DNA from: Macrostomum hystrix
Taxonomy: Eukaryota; Animalia; Platyhelminthes
Assembly (NCBI GenBank): GCA_950097015.1
Contig: CATNEN010000039.1
Span: 5,208,001 to 5,272,000, forward strand
Length of the DNA: 64,000 nucleotides
Direction of reading: 5' to 3'
This document shows, piece after piece, positions 35,048 to 48,050 of this stretch. A program made the translations under genes and the position numbers. Positions within the stretch are counted from its first letter, which is position 1. Each line of letters begins with the position of its first letter. Below the pieces are notes generated by a model. The model saw only the letters and a list, made by a program, of their open reading frames with translations, ran no database searches and was not told the origin of the DNA.

Positions 35048-38000
35048 ATGAAGCTGTCTTTTACTTTAACCTACGTACTAGTCACAATAGTTGCATTAGC
35101 AACTGCAGAAACACTGCGTCTCACCATTGTAAGTATACTGCCACTTTGGGATCTGTTATTTTAAGTAGCATTAAGCTGTATGCCAACATTCAAAGCGTCA
35201 AATTATTTTTTCGCAGGTCGACAATGACCGAAATGGCACCCTCGTCGGACTGTGCAATGCAGAGACGGCGAGGTTTGGGCCCACAGATGACTTCTTTTTA
35301 ATTTCTGTGAGTTCCTATTTCTATGAAATGCATATATTCTGTACGATTTCCTATTCGTCTATGGTTTTAAGCCTAGATATGTTGACTAATTGTCAGGGAG
35401 TGATTGTCAACGCGGTGCCAATCAACGGTTGCCAGCCGTTGCAGCCGCCGCCCTACATTCGCAACGACTCGCTGATTTGGATCGCCCTGCTGGCCAGAGA
35501 TATCGGCGGCGGTTGCTTCTTTGATCGGAAAATTATCAACGCCCAGGAGGCGGGATTCGGCGCCGCGCTGGTCTTCAACTTTGAAAATAACACCAGCACC
35601 ATGCAGGCCTCCAGCCGTGAGTATAGAGCTTTTATTTTTGGTTGCTAACGGAAACAGAAATTTGTAGCGTTGCTAAGGTAAAACTGCGTGTATTGTGGGC
35701 TGGTAACGGAAAATATTGCTAGGCTTATTTTTTGCTAACTGCGGGAAAATATACAAATTAGAGCGTGGCTAAGGTAAGCTGGTGATTATTTCATGCTTAA
35801 AAAACAATTTGTTTCATTGAGTGTTGCCAAGTTAAAATGATGGCTTTAATGAGTGCTTCTGGGTAACACAGTTCTACTGATTTCGCCTACCAAGGCTAGG
35901 TTAAGTTAACGCAGTTGTTTCAATTGTTTTGCAGTTGGCGACAAGGTGGAAATTCCTGCAGCCATGGTGACGCAATACTGCGGCAAGCTGCTCAGGCAGC
36001 AGTTCGCCTACAATCCGCTGCGCGACTCGCGCTACAGAGTTGGTTTCCGCGAACTCTTTAGCTTTGATTTTAACGTCTACGTGATCGCCTTTGTGGCCAT
36101 CATCTGTGCCAGCTTCATGCTGTTCTCCCTAATGTGGGTGAGTTAACTACCTGCCGACTAGGCCGGATTTGCTGGAATGTGATTTAAAAAAGCCATCTTG
36201 AATCCCAAATCCCCATCCCGAATCCCAAATCCCCATTCCGAATCCCAAATCCCCATTCCGAATCCCAAACCCCCATCCCGAATCTCAAATCCCTATCCCG
36301 AATCCCAAATCCCCATCCCGAATCCCAAATCCCAATCCCGAATCCCAAATCCCAATCCCGAATCCAAAATCCCATCCCTAATCCCATTGTAACTTCAGAG
36401 ATCTCGAATCCCAATGTAAATTCAGAGATCCCGAATCCCAATGTAACTTCAGAGGTCCCGAATCACAATGTCACTTCAGAGATCCCGAATCCCAAAGTGC
36501 GTCTAGTGATCCCACTGTATTCTTATCATCTTTGGAGTCCATTTGGCCTGTTAACTATTTCCCAAAAAAGTACGATGACAAAAATTTAAATGCTTTCTCA
36601 ACTAGGAACTTGCAGGCAGAAACATATCCGATATGTATAGAAAAATGAATGTGTGGCCATGTATTCGAACAGGCCATCCGGTGGTTTCGAGATTGGCGCA
36701 TTCGTCAGCGCAGCCGCCTGTCGCGGTCCAGCCTGCGAAAGCTCAAAGTGAAGAAGTTTGTGAAAGGTGAGCTTGAGTTTAGTCTTGCCATCGCGCTGTT
36801 CTCAGTCGCCGAGCACAAATACCTAGCAATACTACTCTAATTTTAAACTGATCTTTCTCCTCTTTGATCTCGATCCTTTTACCTCTAAACCATTTCCTCC
36901 TAGATTTTGGTTAGACAAGTTAAGCAGCCATTCTCCTAGATCCTCATTTTCCCGGATCCTCATTGCAGAGCAGCCATCTTTCACAGTTCCTCAGGTTGAG
37001 CAGCAGTTATCCCAGATCCTCAGGTTGAGCAGCAGTTATCCCAGATCCTCAGGTTGAGCAGCAGTTATCCCAGATCCTCATGTTGAGCAGCAGTTATCCC
37101 AGATCCTCAGGTTGAGCAGCAGTTATCCCAGATCCTCAGGTTGAGCAGCAGTTATCCCAGATCCTCAGGTTGAGCAGCAGTTATCCCAGATCCTCAGGTT
37201 GAGCAGCAGTTATCCCAGATCCTCAGGTTGAGCAGCAGTTATCCCAGATCCTCAGGTTGAGCAGCAGTTATCCCAGATCCTCATGTTGAGCAGCAGTTAT
37301 CCCAGATCCTCAGGTTGAGCAGCAGTTATCCCAGATCCTCAGGTTGAGCAGCAGTTATCCCAGATCCTCAGGTTGAGCAGCAGTTATCCCAGATCCTCAT
37401 GTTGAGCAGCAGTTATCCCAGATCCTCAGGTTGAGCAGCAGTTATCCCAGATCCTCAGGTTGAGCAGCAGTTATCCCAGATCCTCAGGTTGAGCAGCAGT
37501 TATCCCAGATCCTCAGGTTGAGCAGCAGTTATCCCAGATCCTCAGGTTGAGCAGCAGTTATCCCAGATCCTCAGGTTGAGCAGCAGTTATCCCAGATCCT
37601 CAGATTGAGCAGAAATTTTCCCAAATCCCCATTGTAGAGCGGCCATCTTTCCAGATCCTCACATTGAGCAGCAGTTATCCCAGATCCTCAGGTTGAGCAG
37701 CAATTTTTCCAAATCCCCATTGTAGAGCGGCCATCTTTCCAGATCCTCACATTGAGCAGCAGTTATCCCAGATCCTCAGGTTGAGCAGCAGTTATCCCAG
37801 ATCCTCAGGTTGAGCAGCAGTTATCCCAGATCCTCAGGTTGAGCAGCAGTTATCCCAGATCCTCAGGTTGAGCAGCAGTTATCCCAGATCCTCATGTTGA
37901 GCAGCAGTTATCCCAGATCCTCAGGTTGAGCAGCAGTTATCCCAGATCCTCAGGTTGAGCAGCAGTTATCCCAGATCCTCAGGTTGAGCAGCAGTTATCC

Positions 38001-41000
38001 CAGATCCTCAGGTTGAGCAGCAGTTATCCCAGATCCTCATGTTGAGCAGCAGTTATCCCAGATCCTCAGGTTGAGCAGCAGTTATCCCAGATCCTCAGGT
38101 TGAGCAGAAGTTATCCCAGATCCTCAGGTTGAGCAGCAGTTATCCCAGATCCTCATGTTGAGCAGCAGTTATCCCAGATCCTCAGGTTGAGCAGAAGTTA
38201 TCCCAGATCCTCAGATTGAGCAGAAATTTTCCCAAATCCCCATTGTAGAGCGGCCATCTTTCCAGATCCTCACATTGAGCAGCAGTTATCCCAGATCCTC
38301 AGGTTAAGCAGCAATTTTTCCAAATCCCCATTGTAGAGCGGCCATCTTTCCAGATCCTCACATTGAGCAGCAGTTATCCCAGATCCTCAGGTTGAGCAGC
38401 AGTTATCCCAGATCCTCAGGTTGAGCAGCAGTTATCCCAGATCCTCAGGTTGAGCAGCAGTTATCCCAGATCCTCAGGTTGAGCAGCAGTTATCCCAGAT
38501 CCTCAGGTTGAGCAGAAGTTATCCCAGATCCTCAGGTTGAGCAGCAGTTATCCCAGATCCTCATGTTGAGCAGCAGTTATCCCAGATCCTCAGGTTGAGC
38601 AGCAGTTATCCCAGATCCTCAGATTGAGCAGAAATTTTCCCAAATCCCCATTGTAGAGCGGCCATCTTTCCAGATCCTCACATTGAGCAGCAGTTATCCC
38701 AGATCCTCAGGTTGAGCAGCAATTTTTCCAAATCCCCATTGTAGAGCGGCCATCTTTCCAGATCCTCACATTGAGCAGCAGTTATCCCAGATCCTCAGGT
38801 TGAGCAGCAATTTTTCCAAATCCCCATTGTAGAGCGGCCATCTTTCCAGATCCTCACATTGAGCAGCAGTTATCCCAGATCCTCAGGTTGAGCAGCAGTT
38901 ATCCCAGATCCTCAGGTTGAGCAGCAGTTATCCCAGATCCTCAGGTTGAGCAGCAGTTATCCCAGATCCTCAGGTTGAGCAGCAGTTATCCCAGATCCTC
39001 ATGTTGAGCAGCAGTTATCCCAGATCCTCAGGTTGAGCAGCAGTTATCCCAGATCCTCAGGTTGAGCAGCAGTTATCCCAGATCCTCAGGTTGAGCAGCA
39101 GTTATCCCAGATCCTCAGGTTGAGCAGCAGTTATCCCAGATCCTCATGTTGAGCAGCAGTTATCCCAGATCCTCAGGTTGAGCAGCAGTTATCCCAGATC
39201 CTCAGGTTGAGCAGAAGTTATCCCAGATCCTCAGGTTGAGCAGCAGTTATCCCAGATCCTCATGTTGAGCAGCAGTTATCCCAGATCCTCAGGTTGAGCA
39301 GCAGTTATCCCAGATCCTCAGGTTGAGCAGAAGTTATCCCAGATCCTCAGGTTGAGCAGCAGTTATCCCAGATCCTCATGTTGAGCAGCAGTTATCCCAG
39401 ATCCTCAGGTTGAGCAGCAGTTATCCCAGATCCTCAGGTTGAGCAGCAGTTATCCCAGATCCTCAGGTTGAGCAGCAGTTATCCCAGATCCTCAGGTTGA
39501 GCAGCAGTTATCCCAGATCCTCAGGTTGAGCAGCAGTTATCCCAGATCCTCAGGTTGAGCAGCAGTTATCCCAGATCCTCATGTTGAGCAGCAGTTATCC
39601 CAGATCCTCAGGTTGAGCAGCAGTTATCCCAGATCCTCAGGTTGAGCAGCAGTTATCCCAGATCCCCAGGTTGAGCAGCAGTTATCCCAGATCCTCAGGT
39701 TGAGCAGCAGTTATCCCAGATCCTCATGTTGAGCAGCAGTTATCCCAGATCCTCAGGTTGAGCAGCAGTTATCCCAGATCCTCAGGTTGAGCAGAAGTTA
39801 TCCCAGATCCTCAGGTTGAGCAGCAGTTATCCCAGATCCTCATGTTGAGCAGCAGTTATCCCAGATCCTCAGGTTGAGCAGCAGTTATCCCAGATCCTCA
39901 GATTGAGCAGAAATTTTCCCAAATCCCCATTGTAGAGCGGCCATCTTTCCAGATCCTCACATTGAGCAGCAGTTATCCCAGATCCTCAGGTTGAGCAGCA
40001 ATTTTCCCAAATCCCCATTGTAGAGCGGCCATCTTTCCAGATCCTCACATTGAGCAGCAGTTATCCCAGATCCTCAGGTTGAGCAGCAGTTATCCCAGAT
40101 CCTCAGGTTGAGCAGCAGTTATCCCAGATCCTCATGTTGAGCAGCAGTTATCCCAGATCCTCAGGTTGAGCAGCAGTTATCCCAGATCCTCAGGTTGAGC
40201 AGCAGTTATCCCAGATCCTCAGGTTGAGCAGCAGTTATCCCAGATCCTCAGGTTGAGCAGCAGTTATCCCAGATCCTCAGGTTGAGCAGCAGTTATCCCA
40301 GATCCTCAGGTTGAGCAGCAGTTATCCCAGATCCTCAGATTGAGCAGAAATTTTCCCAAATCCCCATTGTAGAGCGGCCATCTTTCCAGATCCTCACATT
40401 GAGCAGCAGTTATCCCAGATCCTCAGGTTGAGCAGCAATTTTTCCAAATCCCCATTGTAGAGCGGCCATCTTTCCAGATCCTCACATTGAGCAGCAGTTA
40501 TCCCAGATCCTCAGGTTGAGCAGCAGTTATCCCAGATCCTCAGGTTGAGCAGCAGTTATCCCAGATCCTCAGGTTGAGCAGCAGTTATCCCAGATCCTCA
40601 GGTTGAGCAGCAGTTATCCCAGATCCTCATGTTGAGCAGCAGTTATCCCAGATCCTCAGGTTGAGCAGCAGTTATCCCAGATCCTCAGGTTGAGCAGCAG
40701 TTATCCCAGATCCTCAGGTTGAGCAGCAGTTATCCCAGATCCTCAGGTTGAGCAGCAGTTATCCCAGATCCTCATGTTGAGCAGCAGTTATCCCAGATCC
40801 TCAGGTTGAGCAGCAGTTATCCCAGATCCTCAGGTTGAGCAGAAGTTATCCCAGATCCTCATGTTGAGCAGCAGTTATCCCAGATCCTCATGTTGAGCAG
40901 CAGTTATCCCAGATCCTCAGGTTGAGCAGAAGTTATCCCAGATCCTCAGATTGAGCAGAAATTTTCCCAAATCCCCATTGTAGAGCGGCCATCTTTCCAG

Positions 41001-44000
41001 ATCCTCACATTGAGCAGCAGTTATCCCAGATCCTCAGGTTAAGCAGCAATTTTTCCAAATCCCCATTGTAGAGCGGCCATCTTTCCAGATCCTCACATTG
41101 AGCAGCAGTTATCCCAGATCCTCAGGTTGAGCAGCAGTTATCCCAGATCCTCAGGTTGAGCAGCAGTTATCCCAGATCCTCAGGTTGAGCAGCAGTTATC
41201 CCAGATCCTCAGGTTGAGCAGCAGTTATCCCAGATCCTCAGGTTGAGCAGAAGTTATCCCAGATCCTCAGGTTGAGCAGCAGTTATCCCAGATCCTCATG
41301 TTGAGCAGCAGTTATCCCAGATCCTCAGGTTGAGCAGCAGTTATCCCAGATCCTCAGATTGAGCCAGAAATTTTCCCAAATCCCCATTGTAGAGCGGCCA
41401 TCTTTCCAGATCCTCACATTGAGCAGCAGTTATCCCAGATCCTCAGGTTGAGCAGCAATTTTTCCAAATCCCCATTGTAGAGCGGCCATCTTTCCAGATC
41501 CTCACATTGAGCAGCAGTTATCCCAGATCCTCAGGTTGAGCAGCAATTTTTCCAAATCCCCATTGTAGAGCGGCCATCTTTCCAGATCCTCACATTGAGC
41601 AGCAGTTATCCCAGATCCTCAGGTTGAGCAGCAGTTATCCCAGATCCTCAGGTTGAGCAGCAGTTATCCCAGATCCTCATGTTGAGCAGCAGTTATCCCA
41701 GATCCTCAGGTTGAGCAGCAGTTATCCCAGATCCTCAGGTTGAGCAGCAGTTATCCCAGATCCTCAGGTTGAGCAGCAGTTATCCCAGATCCTCAGGTTG
41801 AGCAGCAGTTATCCCAGATCCTCATGTTGAGCAGCAGTTATCCCAGATCCTCAGGTTGAGCAGCAGTTATCCCAGATCCTCAGGTTGAGCAGAAGTTATC
41901 CCAGATCCTCAGGTTGAGCAGCAGTTATCCCAGATCCTCATGTTGAGCAGCAGTTATCCCAGATCCTCAGGTTGAGCAGAAGTTATCCCAGATCCTCAGA
42001 TTGAGCAGAAATTTTCCCAAATCCCCATTGTAGAGCGGCCATCTTTCCAGATCCTCACATTGAGCAGCAGTTATCCCAGATCCTCAGGTTAAGCAGCAAT
42101 TTTTCCAAATCCCCATTGTAGAGCGGCCATCTTTCCAGATTCTCATTGAGCAGCAGTTATCCCAGATCCTCAGGTTGAGCAGCAGTTATCCCAGATCCTC
42201 AGGTTGAGCAGCAGTTATCCCAGATCCTCAGGTTGAGCAGCAGTTATCCCAGATCCTAGTGAGCAGCAGTTATCCCAGATCCTCAGGTTGAGCAGCAGTT
42301 ATCCCAGATCCTCAGGTTTGAGCAGAAGTTATCCCAGATCCTCAGGTTGAGCAGCAGTTATCCCAGATCCTCATGTTGAGCAGCAGTTATCCCAGATCCT
42401 CAGGTTGAGCAGCAGTTATCCCAGATCCTCAGATTGAGCAGAAATTTTCCCAAATCCCCATTGTAGAGCGGCCATCTTTCCAGATCCTCACATTGAGCAG
42501 CAGTTATCCCAGATCCTCAGGTTGAGCAGCAATTTTTCCAAATCCCCATTGTAGAGCGGCCATCTTTCCAGATCCTCACATTGAGCAGCAGTTATCCCAG
42601 ATCCTCAGGTTGAGCAGCAGTTATCCCAGATCCTCAGGTTGAGCAGCAGTTATCCCAGATCCTCATGTTGAGCAGCAGTTATCCCAGATCCTCAGGTTGA
42701 GCAGCAGTTATCCCAGATCCTCAGGTTGAGCAGCAGTTATCCCAGATCCTCAGGTTGAGCAGCAGTTATCCCAGATCCTCAGGTTGAGCAGCAGTTATCC
42801 CAGATCCTCAGGTTGAGCAGCAGTTATCCCAGATCCTCAGGTTGAGCAGCAGTTATCCCAGATCCTCAGGTTGAGCAGCAATTTTTCCAAATCCCCATTG
42901 TAGAGCGGCCATCTTTCCAGATCCTCACATTGAGCAGCAGTTATCCCAGATCCTCAGGTTGAGCAGCAATTTTTCCAAATCCCCATTGTAGAGCGGCCAT
43001 CTTTCCAGATCCTCACATTGAGCAGCAGTTATCCCAGATCCTCAGGTTGAGCAGCAGTTATCCCAGATCCTCAGGTTGAGCAGCAGTTATCCCAGATCCT
43101 CAGGTTGAGCAGCAGTTATCCCAGATCCTCAGGTTGAGCAGCAGTTATCCCAGATCCTCATGTTGAGCAGCAGTTATCCCAGATCCTCAGGTTGAGCAGC
43201 AGTTATCCCAGATCCTCAGGTTGAGCAGCAGTTATCCCAGATCCTCAGGTTGAGCAGCAGTTATCCCAGATCCTCAGGTTGAGCAGCAGTTATCCCAGAT
43301 CCTCATGTTGAGCAGCAGTTATCCCAGATCCTCAGGTTGAGCAGCAGTTATCCCAGATCCTCAGGTTGAGCAGAAGTTATCCCAGATCCTCAGGTTGAGC
43401 AGCAGTTATCCCAGATCCTCATGTTGAGCAGCAGTTATCCCAGATCCTCAGGTTGAGCAGAAGTTATCCCAGATCCTCAGATTGAGCAGAAATTTTCCCA
43501 AATCCCCATTGTAGAGCGGCCATCTTTCCAGATCCTCACATTGAGCAGCAGTTATCCCAGATCCTCAGGTTAAGCAGCAATTTTTCCAAATCCCCATTGT
43601 AGAGCGGCCATCTTTCCAGATCCTCACATTGAGCAGCAGTTATCCCAGATCCTCAGGTTGAGCAGCAGTTATCCCAGATCCTCAGGTTGAGCAGCAGTTA
43701 TCCCAGATCCTCAGGTTGAGCAGCAGTTATCCCAGATCCTCAGGTTGAGCAGCAGTTATCCCAGATCCTCAGGTTGAGCAGAAGTTATCCCAGATCCTCA
43801 GGTTGAGCAGCAGTTATCCCAGATCCTCATGTTGAGCAGCAGTTATCCCAGATCCTCAGGTTGAGCAGCAGTTATCCCAGATCCTCAGATTGAGCAGAAA
43901 TTTTCCCAAATCCCCATTGTAGAGCGGCCATCTTTCCAGATCCTCACATTGAGCAGCAGTTATCCCAGATCCTCAGGTTGAGCAGCAATTTTTCCAAATC

Positions 44001-47000
44001 CCCATTGTAGAGCGGCCATCTTTCCAGATCCTCACATTGAGCAGCAGTTATCCCAGATCCTCAGGTTGAGCAGCAATTTTTCCAAATCCCCATTGTAGAG
44101 CGGCCATCTTTCCAGATCCTCACATTGAGCAGCAGTTATCCCAGATCCTCAGGTTGAGCAGCAGTTATCCCAGATCCTCAGGTTGAGCAGCAGTTATCCC
44201 AGATCCTCAGGTTGAGCAGCAGTTATCCCAGATCCTCAGGTTGAGCAGCAGTTATCCCAGATCCTCATGTTGAGCAGCAGTTATCCCAGATCCTCAGGTT
44301 GAGCAGCAGTTATCCCAGATCCTCAGGTTGAGCAGCAGTTATCCCAGATCCTCAGGTTGAGCAGCAGTTATCCCAGATCCTCATGTTGAGCAGCAGTTAT
44401 CCCAGATCCTCAGGTTGAGCAGCAGTTATCCCAGATCCTCAGGTTGAGCAGAAGTTATCCCAGATCCTCAGGTTGAGCAGCAGTTATCCCAGATCCTCAT
44501 GTTGAGCAGCAGTTATCCCAGATCCTCAGGTTGAGCAGCAGTTATCCCAGATCCTCAGATTGAGCAGAAATTTTCCCAAATCCCCATTGTAGAGCGGCCA
44601 TCTTTCCAGATCCTCACATTGAGCAGCAGTTATCCCAGATCCTCAGGTTGAGCAGCAATTTTCCCAAATCCCCATTGTAGAGCGGCCATCTTTCCAGATC
44701 CTCACATTGAGCAGCAGTTATCCCAGATCCTCAGGTTGAGCAGCAGTTATCCCAGATCCTCAGGTTGAGCAGCAGTTATCCCAGATCCTCAGGTTGAGCA
44801 GCAGTTATCCCAGATCCTCATGTTGAGCAGCAGTTATCCCAGATCCTCAGGTTGAGCAGCAGTTATCCCAGATCCTCAGGTTGAGCAGCAGTTATCCCAG
44901 ATCCTCAGGTTGAGCAGCAGTTATCCCAGATCCTCAGGTTGAGCAGCAGTTATCCCAGATCCTCAGGTTGAGCAGCAGTTATCCCAGATCCTCAGGTTGA
45001 GCAGCAGTTATCCCAGATCCTCAGGTTGAGCAGCAGTTATCCCAGATCCTCAGGTTGAGCAGCAGTTATCCCAGATCCTCAGGTTGAGCAGCAGTTATCC
45101 CAGATCCTCAGGTTGAGCAGCAGTTATCCCAGATCCTCAGATTGAGCAGAAATTTTCCCAAATCCCCATTGTAGAGCGGCCATCTTTCCAGATCCTCACA
45201 TTGAGCAGCAGTTATCCCAGATCCTCAGGTTGAGCAGCAATTTTTCCAAATCCCCATTGTAGAGCGGCCATCTTTCCAGATCCTCACATTGAGCAGCAGT
45301 TATCCCAGATCCTCAGGTTGAGCAGCAATTTTTCCAAATCCCCATTGTAGAGCGGCCATCTTTCCAGATCCTCACATTGAGCAGCAGTTATCCCAGATCC
45401 TCAGGTTGAGCAGCAATTTTTCCAAATCCCCATTGTAGAGCGGCCATCTTTCCAGATCCTCACATTGAGCAGCAGTTATCCCAGATCCTCAGGTTGAGCA
45501 GCAATTTTCCCAAATCCCCATTGTAGAGCGGCCATCTTTCCAGATCCTCACATTGAGCAGCAGTTATCCCAGATCCTCAGGTTGAGCAGCAGTTATTTCA
45601 TTTAAATGTGTACTAACCAAAGTCATCATTTGCTTAACCAAGCTTAGGATAAGTTTCAATGACAGACCTCTCTAGACAACATGTGGCCCTTTTTAATGTA
45701 CAATGCAACTGTGCAAAAACAAAGTTAAGTCCCACCTGGCCTTGACAATATCGATCAGGCACTGATCCGTACGAGTGCTGCGCAATCTGCCTGGAGGACT
45801 TTGCAACCGGCGATAAGCTCAGAATTCTGCCATGCAATCACGGTCAGTTAGCCGACTGGCATATTTCAATATTTCAGTGAATGCACTCTTCTTGTCGCAG
45901 TACTTAACCGTAGAACTACCAACGGAGCAATGCAAGGAAACGAAACTCAACAACACGGGCCAAATTTTTGTTGCGCATGTTCTGAAACAAGTCGCCAGCC
46001 CTTCACACTTGAAGAACTATCGAGATATCCAACAAAAAGTTGGCCCATGTTCTTTAGTTTCATTTCCTTGCGTTGCTCCGTTCGGGCGCAGCAAATTGTC
46101 AGGGGGGGAATTCCCCCTCCTGAGGGGGTCGGGAATTCCCCCTCGATTCCTTCTTAGTAAAAAAACGGGCGGCAAAATGGCTTGGCAGTCCTTCTGAAAA
46201 TGCGTTTGGATTCTGCCTTCCAGCCTATCACGTCAAGTGCATCGATCCCTGGCTGCTGAAGAGTCGCAGCTGCTGCCCCGTGTGCAAACGGCGAGTGTTT
46301 CCTCGCCAACCGGGCGAACCGGAGGGCGACTCGGACGGCGAGGCTGCAGGCCAAGCTGCCACCGGTGCTGTCGCCGCAGCCGCCGCCGCCGCTGCCACAG
46401 CTGGCGCTGACGCTGCCGTCAGCAGCAGTGTCAACTACAACAGCAGCAACGGCGGCGCTGAAGGCAATGGCAGCGGCGAGAGGACGCCGTTGCTGTCGTC
46501 CTCCCCCAGCGGCTCCAGCGTTGCTAGCAGAGGGGGCTTCGGCGCCATCGCCAATGCCGAACGTCCGACAGCCTTCGATAATCCGGGTTGGTCATTCGTT
46601 TTGTTTATTTGCGCTTGATTTGAATTTTTCCCAAAATCCTCAGTGAGCGGTCTAACGCGTTTGCCTCTCGTACCAAGGTCCTGAGCTCGTTTACGCTGCG
46701 TGGCCACATTCATTTGTGGCCCAGTCGTGCAAAATGTGCACTGCCTGACGATGAGAAAGTCGGGGCAGATGTACACACCTGTGTGAGCGTGTGATCAGGA
46801 ATCAGCGAAATGGGAGAATTGCCTCCTCGCTGTCTGTGGGTCTAATGTCACCAAATGATGTGCCATTGCCCGCAACCCTCCTGCAAATTATATTATGTTT
46901 ATTATTATTCACAGATCCTCATGTCAATCTGCTCTTCTCCCAGATCCTCAGGTCAATCTGCTCTCCTCCCAGACCCTAGTTACTATTGTACAAAGCCAAA

Positions 47001-47318
47001 TCTTTCATATTTTTTGCAGCCCTCAAATTGCAAGACGAACTTTTGTCTGCCATTGCTGTCAAAGCAGTCCCCGCCGCAGTGACTTTGAATGATTCTGAGC
47101 AGCAGCAGCGGCGGCAGCAATCCCGTGCTGGCTCTCGTGTTTCAAGTTTGAACAGTCCAGCCAGCAGTAGCAGTGTGTCAGTGTCATCTCTAGCCACCAG
47201 CCTTGAAGTAGACGAACATCCGGCTTCCGCCGCCCCTGAAATTCTGACTGAGGTGCGCGTTCACGCGGTTTCCACCGACGAAAGCGAGGACACCGAAATT
47301 CGAGCGCCCCGGGTCTGA
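35048..47318 (+). CDS. RNF13: PA-TM-RING-H2 E3 ubiquitin ligase (RNF13/RNF167/Godzilla family)
   Basis: Exons 35048-35128, 35217-35306, 35397-35616, 35935-36137, 36673-36766, 45759-45842, 46224-46586, 47020-47318, phases consistent. Signal peptide, ARFG, PA domain ([10 protein letters not shown]...[22 protein letters not shown]), TM helix, [12 protein letters not shown]...[16 protein letters not shown]...CPVCKR and an ERTPLL dileucine motif. The symbol is family-level. Confidence 0.92.
36199..36495. repeat. C-rich intronic repeats (18-bp CCCGAATCCCAAATCCCC-type units followed by 27-bp units)
   Basis: Directly visible in intron 4 of the RNF13-like gene. Confidence 0.9.
36990..45596. repeat. 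8.6-kb satellite of a 29-bp monomer with higher-order structure, inside intron 5 of the RNF13-like gene
   Basis: Monomer AGGTTGAGCAGCAGTTATCCCAGATCCTC, roughly 295 units, with recurring variant units AGATTGAGCAGAAATTTTCCCAAATCCCC and ATTGTAGAGCGGCCATCTTTCCAGATCCTC (30 bp). Confidence 0.98.
46643..46909 (+). mobile_element. SINE family 1, intronic copy with internal deletions
   Basis: GAGCGGTCTAACGCGTTTGCCTCTCG head, CTGCCTGACGATGAGAAAGTCGGGGCAG core and (ATT)n tail. Confidence 0.85.
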
Positions 47319-47734
47319 CCTGCCAGTGCGTGTTGGGTTGCAGAAAGCCATAGACTATCACTTTTGGGGCTGTTGCAATTGAAAGCGTCAAAAACTTGTT
47401 TTGCGATTAAAATAAATCTGAGCATATTCTCTGATTGCTACTTACGAGTAGCTTATTTTCTGTGCTTCGAAATTCAACTGTGATTATTTCTGTCCAAGAT
47501 TTTAACAGTAACTTTTTGCATATTTTTCTATTGTTCAGATCGTCCATATACATTTGAGGACAAAGTGTCAGTTTTCACTTTTATTTTATCAACTTCAATT
47601 AGCACATTCTCGTATGTTTGAAGAACTTTCTGGAGTAACTGGATTAACTTGTAAGGATTTACTTATGATGAAAAGACATCACAAAACCTTATAATTTAAT
47701 CTGAAAATATACACTTGCCAGAACTTTCATTAAC

Positions 47735-48050
47735 CTGAAGCTTCAGGGCTCAGACAGTCCCTGTGTTTCTGAAGCTTCAGGGAGCTGACAGCCCATGTAC
47801 CTGAAGCTTACAGGACACTGAAAGTTGTCTCACCTGAAGCTTCAGGACACTGAAAGTTGTCTCACCTGAAGCTTCAGGACACTGAAAGTTGTCTCACCTG
47901 AAGCTTCAGGACACTGAAAGTTGTCTCACCTGAAGCTTCAGGACACTGAAAGTTGTCTCACCTGAAGCTTCAGGGTACTGAAAGTTGTCTCACCTGAAGC
48001 TTCAGGGCACTGAAAGTTGTCTCACCTGAAGCTTCAGGGTACTGAAAGTT
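47735..48050. repeat. 32-bp minisatellite containing the palindrome CCTGAAGCTTCAGG
   Basis: Unit CCTGAAGCTTCAGGACACTGAAAGTTGTCTCA, about 8 copies plus 2 diverged leading copies. Confidence 0.95.

Noticed and set aside
36990-45596. 29-bp repeats of CRISPR-like length
   Set aside because: Head-to-tail monomers with no unique spacers, inside a eukaryotic intron, and no cas genes.
47735-48050. Palindromic repeat with linkers resembling a CRISPR array
   Set aside because: Linkers are only about 18 bp and nearly identical; it is a minisatellite.
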